The position numbers and the translations under genes were made by a program. This document shows positions 20,816-28,820 of a stretch of 60,721 nucleotides of DNA, piece after piece. The notes under the pieces were generated by a model. The model was not told where the DNA came from, did no database searches, and saw only the letters and a program-made list of their open reading frames with translations. The first letter of the stretch is position 1; each line of letters begins with the position of its first letter. Location of the stretch: the NCBI GenBank assembly GCA_964392715.1, contig CAYMQI010000001.1:1-60721 (forward strand), written 5' to 3'. This DNA is from an uncultured Pseudomonadales bacterium. GTDB lineage: Bacteria; Patescibacteriota; Microgenomatia; UBA1400; CAYNFZ01.

Positions 20816-21682
20816 TCATATTTTTCGAACGATTTTGGCCTTATTTCCGGTCACCACAGAATTGGCTGGGATTTTCATGTTACTCACCACGCAATTTGTT
20901 CCAATCACGCTTCTTCTTCCAATTTTACTGCCTTTCAATATTGATACTCTCTCTCCTATCCACACGTCATCACCAATTTCTACCCCTTTTGTTTCTGGTT
21001 TGTTAATTTCCATGGCTCCCTTGGGGAACGACTTGACAATTACTCCATGTCTTTTTTTCCAATCTATAGTATGCGTGTTGGTATCATAAATCGAAACATC
21101 GTAAGAAATTAAAACACACCCCCCTATGGTTATTTGATCATCGCAAAGAATTTTTGAACCTTCACCAATCCCCGAATAATCCCCCATCAGCAAGACGCCA
21201 CCAAACCTTACACCAACGTTCCCCTCCAATTTAACACACTTGCCCAGTTTCATCATTCCACCATCGACGAAGACATCTACCACAATCTCACTTGTCTCCA
21301 ACCTTCCCACCAAGCTTTTTTCCCCAACTTCCAATCTCCCGCCACCGCCAACCGACAGCTGACCATTAATCACCACCCCTGACCTTATATATATTTTTGA
21401 TCCTTTGTCTGCCTCGATTTTTCCACTTATTCTTAGACCGTCGTCCATAACGATTTTTGACCCGTTCTTGGCAATTATCTGGCCGCTGAATACTTTGCAC
21501 CCCCTACCCAATTTTAAGTTTGAGGTTTTATCAATTTCTATTCTTACTCTGGGCGAAAGCCTCACAATGCCATCAACTTCAATGTTTTTGCCAAGCATTA
21601 CCCTCAATAGCCAGACTTTGATAGCCCCCAACCAAAAAAAAAGTTCTCTTGATACACTCAAGATTAAATCTCGTCGTTTCAT
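20816..21682 (-). CDS. Left-handed beta-helix (hexapeptide-repeat) acetyltransferase with an extended N-terminal beta-helical region
   Basis: C-terminal part ITIGGCVLISYDVSIYDTNTH ... VEIGDDVWIGERVSILKGSKIGRRSVIGTNCVV is typical of sugar O/N-acetyltransferases. The N-terminal roughly 170 aa is repetitive and G/V/K-rich. Confidence 0.7.
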   Translation of the reverse strand: MKRRDLILSVSRELFFWLGAIKVWLLRVMLGKNIEVDGIVRLSPRVRIEIDKTSNLKLGRGCKVFSGQIIAKNGSKIVMDDGLRISGKIEADKGSKIYIRSGVVINGQLSVGGGGRLEVGEKSLVGRLETSEIVVDVFVDGGMMKLGKCVKLEGNVGVRFGGVLLMGDYSGIGEGSKILCDDQITIGGCVLISYDVSIYDTNTHTIDWKKRHGVIVKSFPKGAMEINKPETKGVEIGDDVWIGERVSILKGSKIGRRSVIGTNCVVSNMKIPANSVVTGNKAKIVRKI

Positions 21683-21689
21683 TTGATGT

Positions 21690-21695
21690 ATTATA
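21690..21695 (-). promoter_or_regulatory. Candidate -10 box placed for a leaderless transcript of the acetyltransferase gene
   Basis: The bottom strand reads TATAAT, 7 nt (acatcaa), then the ATG at 21682. There is no Shine-Dalgarno sequence. The -35 region is weak (tcttaa). Confidence 0.35.
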
Positions 21696-21719
21696 AACTG
21701 ATTCCAGGATTTTTAAGAT

Positions 21720-22823
21720 ATGAGATTAAATTTATCCAACCGTCATTATCCAACCATCTTTTTCCTGGGCCTTATCTCTGCGGCAGCCCACCTCACACTC
21801 TTTTCCTTTCGCCCCACTGAAGACACTCCTTGTTGGTTTGGCGTTGTTGACTATTTTAGATCCGGCTTCAACCTTCCAGTAACCGGCCATTGCCTCTACA
21901 ACCCACTCATTCCGTTCATCACCCTGCTTATCAACAGCATCACCGGACTTGGCTACATCTACGCCTATTTCTCTATAAACATTTTTGCCTACTTTTTAAC
22001 CGCCCTTATTGTCTACCGTTTTTCCCACATTTTCTTCTCAAAGCACATTTCACTTCTGGCGAGCCTATTTTTTCTTTTAAGTTTCACTACCCAAATCCTC
22101 AGCTTTTCTGTCGTGCCCGACATCTTCACTTGGAGTCTAGAGGCCGTTTTCATCTACGCCATCTTTAAACGCCTAATCGCAAAAGGATCCGTCAACTCTG
22201 GTTGGATTATGATCCTTGGCCTTTTTTCAGCCCTATTGGTCCTTACCAAAATCAACCTGGGCTTTCTTTTGCCGTCAGCTTTAGTTCTCTTTTATCTAAA
22301 ATCTCCTCGCAATTTTATAAAGCATAGCCTCATTTTCGTCATTTTTGTCTCAATTCCGATTCTTGCTTACTACTTTTGGATTTATCAACACACCGGTATT
22401 CAACCTTGGGATAGTCTTATAATTGGACTGGAAACTGAAAAGCCTACCGTTATCAGCCACCTTACTGCCTTTGTCGCTGCCTTTCTTTATTTTTGGCCCC
22501 TAATTCTTGCCTCTTTCCCCCTTCCCAAGTTCTCCCAACCTCAAAAGATACTTTTGTTCTCAATCGCTCTTGGCCTCTTAGTACCCATCATTATCTGGCC
22601 CTACGTTGGTTTCCGATTCGCCTACTCATTCTTTATCTTCTTCTTGCCACTTGCCGCCTTAGGCACCCACTGTCTTACCACTCGCACCAAATCATACAGC
22701 AATACTATCCTCATCAGTATTATAGCCGTGTATTGGGCAATTAATCTCCTGCGCGTTCACCTTACCTTGACCAACCAGACGCACATTGTATACTTCCTCC
22801 ACCTTATCAATCGCTTTTTCTAG
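21720..22823 (+). CDS. Polytopic membrane protein, possible GT-C fold transferase or polymerase
   Basis: 367 aa, almost entirely hydrophobic segments (9 or more). I recognised no soluble-domain motif. Confidence 0.5.
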   Translation: MRLNLSNRHYPTIFFLGLISAAAHLTLFSFRPTEDTPCWFGVVDYFRSGFNLPVTGHCLYNPLIPFITLLINSITGLGYIYAYFSINIFAYFLTALIVYRFSHIFFSKHISLLASLFFLLSFTTQILSFSVVPDIFTWSLEAVFIYAIFKRLIAKGSVNSGWIMILGLFSALLVLTKINLGFLLPSALVLFYLKSPRNFIKHSLIFVIFVSIPILAYYFWIYQHTGIQPWDSLIIGLETEKPTVISHLTAFVAAFLYFWPLILASFPLPKFSQPQKILLFSIALGLLVPIIIWPYVGFRFAYSFFIFFLPLAALGTHCLTTRTKSYSNTILISIIAVYWAINLLRVHLTLTNQTHIVYFLHLINRFF

Positions 22824-22829
22824 TCATCT

Positions 22830-23447
22830 ATGTCCGCCCCCAAACTCCATCTGGGTTGTGGCACTATCTATCTCCAGGGTTACATCAACATTGACGTCGC
22901 CATTCCCGACTGGTCGTATCTCGCTTCAGACCGCCCTGACTTAGTCAATTTGAACCAAACCACCGTGGACCACTACTACGGCTCCAAAATCCACAAAAAC
23001 GTCACCCGCTCTGACTTTGAGACCAAAAAATTCGAAACCAGGCCCATTGTTGTCGATATTTTTGCCGATGTTCGCCACCTCCCCTTCAAGCCAAACTCCG
23101 TGGCGGAGATTCGCTCTGTCCAACTCTTTGAGCATTTTTCCTTCCAAGAGGGGAGAGAGTTACTCAAGTATTGGCACAGGCTCCTCAAAAAGGGTGGCAC
23201 AGTCCATATCGACATTCCCGACCTAGACGGCACAATCGAGGGCTACTTCCGCTCCAAGACCCAAAAAGACCGCGATTGGTACACCAGGCTCCTCTTTGGC
23301 AGCCAAAAAAACGAATTTGGCTTTCATAAAGCCATGTATTCCAAGTCATCCATCAGACATTTACTTCAGGCCTTGAAATTCACCCACATTAAATTCCTCC
23401 CCAACATCCACCTTTACCCCGCCTTCGCCGTCGAAGCCCTTAAATAA
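22830..23447 (+). CDS. Small class I SAM-dependent methyltransferase
   Basis: Motifs: [43 protein letters not shown]. Confidence 0.7.
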   Translation: MSAPKLHLGCGTIYLQGYINIDVAIPDWSYLASDRPDLVNLNQTTVDHYYGSKIHKNVTRSDFETKKFETRPIVVDIFADVRHLPFKPNSVAEIRSVQLFEHFSFQEGRELLKYWHRLLKKGGTVHIDIPDLDGTIEGYFRSKTQKDRDWYTRLLFGSQKNEFGFHKAMYSKSSIRHLLQALKFTHIKFLPNIHLYPAFAVEALK

Positions 23448-24383
23448 CTCACGCTTTTGCCGCGCAAACCATTCCACAGTTTTTTTAAGGCCTATTTCAA
23501 AACTTGTTCTCGATTTAAATCCAAATTCATTTTTGGCTCTGGTTACATCCAGCCTTCTTCGCGGTTGGCCATCCGGCTTGGTTTTATCCCAAACTATCTC
23601 GCCCCTATAACCCACCAATTTTTTTATCACCTCCGCTAATTCTCGAATCGAAATTTCCGAGCCACTTCCCAAATTCACCGGATCAGCTCCATTATATTTC
23701 TCACTTGAAAGTATGATTGCCTCCGCCGCATCTTCTACATATAAAAATTCTCGAGTAGGTTTACCTGTCCCCCACACCACTACTTCACTAGCTCCAGATT
23801 CCCTCGCTTCTACGAACCTTTTGATCAAAGCGGGGATAACATGCGAACTTTTTAAGTCAAAATTATCGCCAGGACCATACAAGTTCACCGGCAGCAAATA
23901 AATCGCATTAAAGCCGTACTCTTGACGATAAGCTTGAGCTTGTACCAACAACATTTTTTTGGCCAGACCATACGGCGCATTGGTTTCCTCAGGATAACCG
24001 TCCCACAGCCGATCTTCCTTAAAAGGCGTTGGCGTGAATTTGGGATAAGCACACACCGTGCCAATTGCCACGAACTTTTTTACCCCCGCTTTTCTCGCCT
24101 CCTCCATCAATTGAATTCCCATAATTGCATTCTCGTAAAAAACCCTTCCCGGGTGTTGTTGATTAAAACCAATTCCCCCCACCAGTGCCGCCAAGTGGAT
24201 GACCACATCTACGCCAGCCGCTGCCTCGCGGCAGGCTTCCAGACTTTTCAAATCCAGTTCTTTTGAACTGGGCGCCCACACTTCTTTTGGTTCCAGTTTC
24301 CCCAACCGCTCCAGTAAATGCTCTCCCAAGAAGCCATGGCCGCCGGTTACCAATACTTTTTTGTTTTGCCAAAAATTATTCAT
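23361..24383 (-). CDS. fcl: GDP-L-fucose synthase family (GDP-4-keto-6-deoxymannose 3,5-epimerase/4-reductase; Fcl/ColC-like)
   Basis: Colinear with E. coli Fcl as recalled: [55 protein letters not shown]. About 25 extra C-terminal residues are encoded antisense to the 3' end of the convergent gene. Confidence 0.85.
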   Translation of the reverse strand: MNNFWQNKKVLVTGGHGFLGEHLLERLGKLEPKEVWAPSSKELDLKSLEACREAAAGVDVVIHLAALVGGIGFNQQHPGRVFYENAIMGIQLMEEARKAGVKKFVAIGTVCAYPKFTPTPFKEDRLWDGYPEETNAPYGLAKKMLLVQAQAYRQEYGFNAIYLLPVNLYGPGDNFDLKSSHVIPALIKRFVEARESGASEVVVWGTGKPTREFLYVEDAAEAIILSSEKYNGADPVNLGSGSEISIRELAEVIKKLVGYRGEIVWDKTKPDGQPRRRLDVTRAKNEFGFKSRTSFEIGLKKTVEWFARQKRELFKGFDGEGGVKVDVGEEFNVGEFQGLK

Positions 24384-24385
24384 AT

Positions 24386-25126
24386 TTAAACTACTTGTGA
24401 TTTTCGATATTCATCCACCACTTCTCTGGCGTTGCCGTCGCTTCTGATTCTGCCTTTATCTATCCACAAAACTCGATTGCAAAACCGTTTCATCAAATCC
24501 AGATTGTGGGTCACAAACACCACCGTTTTTTGTTCACTGCCAAAAAACACTTCCATTTTTTCAATACATTTATTTTGGAAAGCTTCATCCCCCACCGACA
24601 GCACTTCATCAACCAGCAACACATCTGGGTCTGTAAAAATTGCCACCGCAAACCCGAGCCGGGCATACATGCCCGAAGAAAAATGCTTGACTGGCATATC
24701 TATAAACGATTTCAAGCCAGAAAACTCCAAAATTTTCTCGTACTTTTCTGCCATTTCTTGTTTGCTGTTTCCCAACAACATGCCGTTAAACATAATATTT
24801 TCTCTACCCGTGAGTTCCGGATGAAATCCGGCGCCCAATTCCAACAGCCCGGCGATTTTTCCCTCAGTCTTGATCGTTCCTCGGTCAGGTAAGGCTACTC
24901 TTGAAATCAGTTTAAGCAGCGTAGTTTTTCCTGCCCCATTATTGCCCACAAAACCCACCGACTCTCCCCGATTAATGGCAAAAGTCATGTCCCGAACAGC
25001 ATAGAACTTTTCATACTCGACCTTCTTGCCGGTTGCCAGTGCGCCCAGGAAATCCCGCAGCGACGGGAAATACCTTGGGCCCTTAAAATACTGTTTACTC
25101 ACCCGGTCAAATACAATGCTTGTCAT
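24386..25126 (-). CDS. wzt: Polysaccharide ABC exporter ATP-binding protein (Wzt/TagH-like, short form without a C-terminal carbohydrate-binding domain)
   Basis: Walker [13 protein letters not shown], signature FSSGMYARL, Walker [12 protein letters not shown]. 246 aa. Confidence 0.85.
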   Translation of the reverse strand: MTSIVFDRVSKQYFKGPRYFPSLRDFLGALATGKKVEYEKFYAVRDMTFAINRGESVGFVGNNGAGKTTLLKLISRVALPDRGTIKTEGKIAGLLELGAGFHPELTGRENIMFNGMLLGNSKQEMAEKYEKILEFSGLKSFIDMPVKHFSSGMYARLGFAVAIFTDPDVLLVDEVLSVGDEAFQNKCIEKMEVFFGSEQKTVVFVTHNLDLMKRFCNRVLWIDKGRIRSDGNAREVVDEYRKSQVV

Positions 25127-25134
25127 CTTTCCCC

Positions 25135-25917
25135 TTACAAAATATCAATTACAAATCCCTCTAATTTTTTAAACAACCAATAGCCAAATACAAACAACCC
25201 CACTGCCCATATTCCCGATGAAGCCAGCAGCCCCCAGTTGGGCGCTTGATTCAGCAGAATTACTCTCCGAAAGCTATCAATAATCCCCGCTGCCGGATTT
25301 AAATAAAACAGGGGCAGGTAAGTCTTTTGAATGCCCTGAAGCCCATAAATTACCGGGCTGGCGTACATCCACAGCTGCACAAACAAAGGCATGGCAAATT
25401 GCAGGTCTCTAAATATCGCGGTCAGAGTGCTCACAATCAGAGCCAGCGCCCCTGCCAGCAATATCATCATCGGCACCAAAAACACCAGAAAAAGTCCCCA
25501 CCCACCCACATCCACTTTAAAGTGCAGCAACATGATGAAGAATACCAAACTGCCGATCGCAAAATCCACCAAAGAAGAGACCATAATCGATAACGGCACA
25601 ATTTCTCTGGGGAAATAGACCTTAGTCACCAAGGCTTTAAATCCAATCAGGCTAGTTGCAGCCACATTCATCGATCTGGATATAAACAACCACGGCAGCA
25701 AAGCAGCGTAAGAGAAAATCGGGTAGGGGATGCCACTTGAGTCAACCTTTAAAAACTTGTCAAAGATCAGGCTAAACACCAGCATCAAAAACAACGGTTG
25801 AATCACCGCCCAGCCTACCCCCAAAAAGGTCTGCTTATATCTGGCTTGTAAGTCCCTTTGCACAAATAACCAGATTAAATTTTTGTATTGCCACAACTCC
25901 ATCAAGTGTTCTTTCAT
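25135..25917 (-). CDS. wzm: Polysaccharide ABC-2 exporter permease (Wzm/TagG-like)
   Basis: LWQYKNLIWLFVQRDLQARYKQTFLGVGWAVIQPL and six hydrophobic segments. Lies immediately upstream of wzt. Confidence 0.85.
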   Translation of the reverse strand: MKEHLMELWQYKNLIWLFVQRDLQARYKQTFLGVGWAVIQPLFLMLVFSLIFDKFLKVDSSGIPYPIFSYAALLPWLFISRSMNVAATSLIGFKALVTKVYFPREIVPLSIMVSSLVDFAIGSLVFFIMLLHFKVDVGGWGLFLVFLVPMMILLAGALALIVSTLTAIFRDLQFAMPLFVQLWMYASPVIYGLQGIQKTYLPLFYLNPAAGIIDSFRRVILLNQAPNWGLLASSGIWAVGLFVFGYWLFKKLEGFVIDIL

Positions 25918-25924
25918 GACAGAT

Positions 25925-25936
25925 TGTATAATACCA
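25925..25936. promoter_or_regulatory. Overlapping divergent -10 boxes in the 39-bp wzm/GT2 intergenic region
   Basis: The top strand reads TATAAT at 25927-25932. The bottom strand reads TGgTATTAT (extended -10 type), with TATTAT at 25933-25928. Confidence 0.4.
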
Positions 25937-25956
25937 GAAAATTGTCAGGACAAACC

Positions 25957-26676
25957 ATGCCGCATCAAAAAAAGATTGTTCTTTCCATAATCATCCCCGT
26001 TTATAACGAGGAAAAAACCATTGATAAAGTTATCGATAAGGTCAAAAAAGTTAAGTTAGCCCCCAACATCGTCAAAGAAATCATTGTGATTGACGACGGT
26101 TCCACCGACAACAGCCGCCAAAAAATTATCAGAAAGAAGCAGCTTGACAGGAAGAATCTCAAGGTCCATTTCTCCCTCATCAACCTGGGCAAAGGCGCCG
26201 CCGTCCGCGTCGGTCTCAAGTTTGCCAAGGGCGATCTGATCATCATCCAAGACGCCGACCTGGAGCTTGACCCCAAAGATCACCGGAAAATTATCGAACC
26301 CATTATCAAGGGAGAAGCCAAAGTGGTCTACGGCTCTCGCTTCCTCTCGCCAAACCCGAACATCCCCCAAAAGACCCGTCTTGCCAACTGGTTTCTCACC
26401 ACCCTGGTCAATCTCCTCTACGGCTCACACTTAACCGACATGGAAACAGCCTACAAGGCCTTCGCCGCCAAAACCATCAAACCCATCCGCCTTCGCGCCT
26501 TGGAATTTGAATTCGAGCCGGAAATTACCTGCCAACTCTTAAATCAAGGCACAGCTATCATGGAGGTCCCCATCAAGTATCGGCCCCGTACCAAAAACGA
26601 AGGTAAAAAAATCAACTTTATCCACGGCATCGAGGCCATCTACACCATCTTCAAGATCAAATATGCCAAAACTTAA
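25957..26676 (+). CDS. GT2 polyprenol-phosphate sugar synthase-like (DPM1/ArnC/GtrB-like)
   Basis: Motifs: LSIIIPVYNEEKTI, IIVIDDGSTDNS, IIIQDADLELDP. ATG at 25957. Confidence 0.75.
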   Translation: MPHQKKIVLSIIIPVYNEEKTIDKVIDKVKKVKLAPNIVKEIIVIDDGSTDNSRQKIIRKKQLDRKNLKVHFSLINLGKGAAVRVGLKFAKGDLIIIQDADLELDPKDHRKIIEPIIKGEAKVVYGSRFLSPNPNIPQKTRLANWFLTTLVNLLYGSHLTDMETAYKAFAAKTIKPIRLRALEFEFEPEITCQLLNQGTAIMEVPIKYRPRTKNEGKKINFIHGIEAIYTIFKIKYAKT

Positions 26677-26892
26677 CCGAATTTGACAAAAGATGTTGTC
26701 CTCAGTTGTTCCAATAACCGTAGATTTTTGCTAGCCTGACTAATCAGCTTAAATACCATCGTTGCAAAAGATGTATAAAAACTTCATCAACGAATAGCTA
26801 AACTGCCAGATAGAAAAATATAAATAAACAAAAGAAAGTCACACTACAAATATGATATTGAAAAAAACCACGGACTAAATTACACTCCAGTT

Positions 26893-28104
26893 GTGCCTCG
26901 CAAAAAACTTCCTCGCAAAACCATCGGCGTTGGTGAAGTGCAAATTCACGACCTGGAAAAAAAATACGTTAACGACGTCCTCAACAATAATCGCCTCTCC
27001 CACGGTTACTACTCCGACCGCTTTGAACGCGCCTTTGCCCGCGCCCACAAATGTAAATACGCCTTCTTTACTAACTCTGGTACCTCAGCCTTGCAGGTTG
27101 GCCTCCACGCCATGAAGATCAAGTATGGCTGGCAGGACGGCGCCCAAGTCCTGGTACCCGCCGTTACTTTCGTCGCCTCCGTCAACACCATTCTCCAAAA
27201 TAACCTTACCCCGGTTTTGGTCGACGTCGAAGCCGACCACTACAACATTGACCCCAGTCTGATCGAAGCCAAGATCACCGCCAGGACCGTCGCCATCATG
27301 CCCGTGCACCTGTGTGGCAACCCCTGTCACATGGACCCCATCATGCACCTTAAGAAAAAATACCAACTCAAAATGATCGAGGATTCCTGCGAAACCATGT
27401 TCGCCCGAGTCGGCCATCAACCCGTCGGCTCATTTGGCGAAGTCGGTTGTTTTTCCACTTACGCCGCCCACGTCCTGGTTACCGGCGTTGGCGGTTTCTC
27501 GACCACCAGCGACGACGAACTGGCCGTCCTCATGAAGAGCCTCTATAACCATGGCCGCGACGGCATTTACACCTATATCGACGACACCAAAAAGGCTAGC
27601 CTCAGACAGCTGTTTTCCATCGTCTCCCGTCGTTTCAACTTTATCCACCAAGGCTACAGTTACCGCGCCACCGAACTCGAGGCCGCCTTGGGCCTGGGCC
27701 AAATGCGCCGCTGGCGCCAGATCATCCGCCGTCGCAAACAAGTTGCCCGGCGGCTCACCAGTGGCCTCAGAAATTTGGCACACTACCTACAACTTCCCAC
27801 CATTAGAAAAAATCACGAACACATTTTTATGATGTATCCCCTCGTCGTCAAAAATGGCGTCGACCGCGACGACCTGATCCTCTACTTGGAAAAAAACGGC
27901 GTCGAAACTCGTCCCTTACTCCCGCTCACCAACCAGCCCATTTACGTACAAATATGGGGCGGTATCGAAGGCAAGTATCCGGTGGCCAAACATCTAAATC
28001 AACACGCCTTCTACGTTGGCTCCCATCCATACTTAACCGACCAAGACGTCGATTACATTATTCACACCTTCCAGGACTACTTCAAACAAGGTAAACTCTT
28101 TTAA
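26893..28104 (+). CDS. DegT-fold PLP/PMP enzyme with His in place of the catalytic Lys (ColD/E1-like sugar 3-dehydratase candidate)
   Basis: DegT-family layout: TNSGTSALQVGL, MPVHLCGNP, IEDSCE. The active-site block reads FSTYAAHVLVTGVGG, whereas the two neighbouring paralogues have SFHESKNFVAGEGG and SFYPGKNLGAYGDAG. GTG start, so the start position is uncertain. Confidence 0.7.
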   Translation: MPRKKLPRKTIGVGEVQIHDLEKKYVNDVLNNNRLSHGYYSDRFERAFARAHKCKYAFFTNSGTSALQVGLHAMKIKYGWQDGAQVLVPAVTFVASVNTILQNNLTPVLVDVEADHYNIDPSLIEAKITARTVAIMPVHLCGNPCHMDPIMHLKKKYQLKMIEDSCETMFARVGHQPVGSFGEVGCFSTYAAHVLVTGVGGFSTTSDDELAVLMKSLYNHGRDGIYTYIDDTKKASLRQLFSIVSRRFNFIHQGYSYRATELEAALGLGQMRRWRQIIRRRKQVARRLTSGLRNLAHYLQLPTIRKNHEHIFMMYPLVVKNGVDRDDLILYLEKNGVETRPLLPLTNQPIYVQIWGGIEGKYPVAKHLNQHAFYVGSHPYLTDQDVDYIIHTFQDYFKQGKLF

Positions 28105-28116
28105 CCATATAACCCT
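28103..28116 (+). repeat. Two-unit copy of the AACCATNN repeat
   Basis: aaccatat aaccct. The 12-mer aaccatataacc is identical to 45643-45654. Lies between the stop at 28104 and the ATG at 28128. Confidence 0.5.
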
Positions 28117-28127
28117 CGGGCTTTCCG

Positions 28128-28820
28128 ATGACTCAAAAAATTAAATCATCACTGATCATCCTAACCAGAAATGAGATCGAAGGCATGCGCTCCTTGATCG
28201 GCCGCATCCCTTTCGAAGCCGCCAACGAAGCCTTCGTCGTCGACTACCGCTCAAACGACGGCACCGTCGAATTTGTCAAAAGGCGGGGCATCCGTTTGGT
28301 CGCCCAAACCAAATCGGGTAGGGGAGAGGCTTTCAAATTGGCCGTCACTAAAGCCCGCGGCGACATCTTAGTCTTCTTCTCACCAGACGGCAACGAAGAC
28401 CCGGGGGACATCCCCAAACTCATCAAAGCCATCCGGGACGGAGCCGATATGGCCATCGCTTCCCGTTTCCTCCCCGGCTCCCGGAATGAAGAAGACGATC
28501 AACCCCTCAAGTTCCGCCTCTGGGCCAACCAAGCCTTTACCGCCGTCGCCAACTTGCTCTGGAACCAGTCGGGGACCTACGTCACCGACACCATCAACGG
28601 CTACCGCGCCATCAACAAGTCAGCCTTCAACTCCCTAAACTTGGACGCAGCCGGCTACGCCATCGAGTATCAAATGACCATCCGCGCCCTCAAAGCCCAC
28701 CTCAAGATTGTCGAATTCCCCACCATCGAAGGCAACCGTATCGGCGGCCAGTCCAAATCCCAATCAATCCCCACCGGCCTCAAATTCCTCCAACTCCTGG
28801 CTCAAGAAATCTTCACTTAG
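28128..28820 (+). CDS. Glycosyltransferase family 2 (small, DPM1-like)
   Basis: Motifs: SLIILTRNE, VVDYRSNDGT, ILVFFSPDGNEDP, ADMAIASRF. Confidence 0.75.
   Translation: MTQKIKSSLIILTRNEIEGMRSLIGRIPFEAANEAFVVDYRSNDGTVEFVKRRGIRLVAQTKSGRGEAFKLAVTKARGDILVFFSPDGNEDPGDIPKLIKAIRDGADMAIASRFLPGSRNEEDDQPLKFRLWANQAFTAVANLLWNQSGTYVTDTINGYRAINKSAFNSLNLDAAGYAIEYQMTIRALKAHLKIVEFPTIEGNRIGGQSKSQSIPTGLKFLQLLAQEIFT

Noticed and set aside
8362-21682. Calling the low-GC block a mobile element or genomic island with defined ends.
   Set aside because: No integrase, transposase, tRNA attachment site or flanking direct repeats could be found. Only the compositional argument stands, so it is reported as a finding rather than as a mobile_element feature.
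26677-26892. The 216-nt AT-rich intergenic region, checked for a tRNA, small RNA or a clear promoter. TTGACA occurs at 26685-26690.
   Set aside because: It has no T-loop- or anticodon-arm-like features and no convincing hairpin. No -10 hexamer lies 16 to 18 nt after the TTGACA. It is left unannotated.
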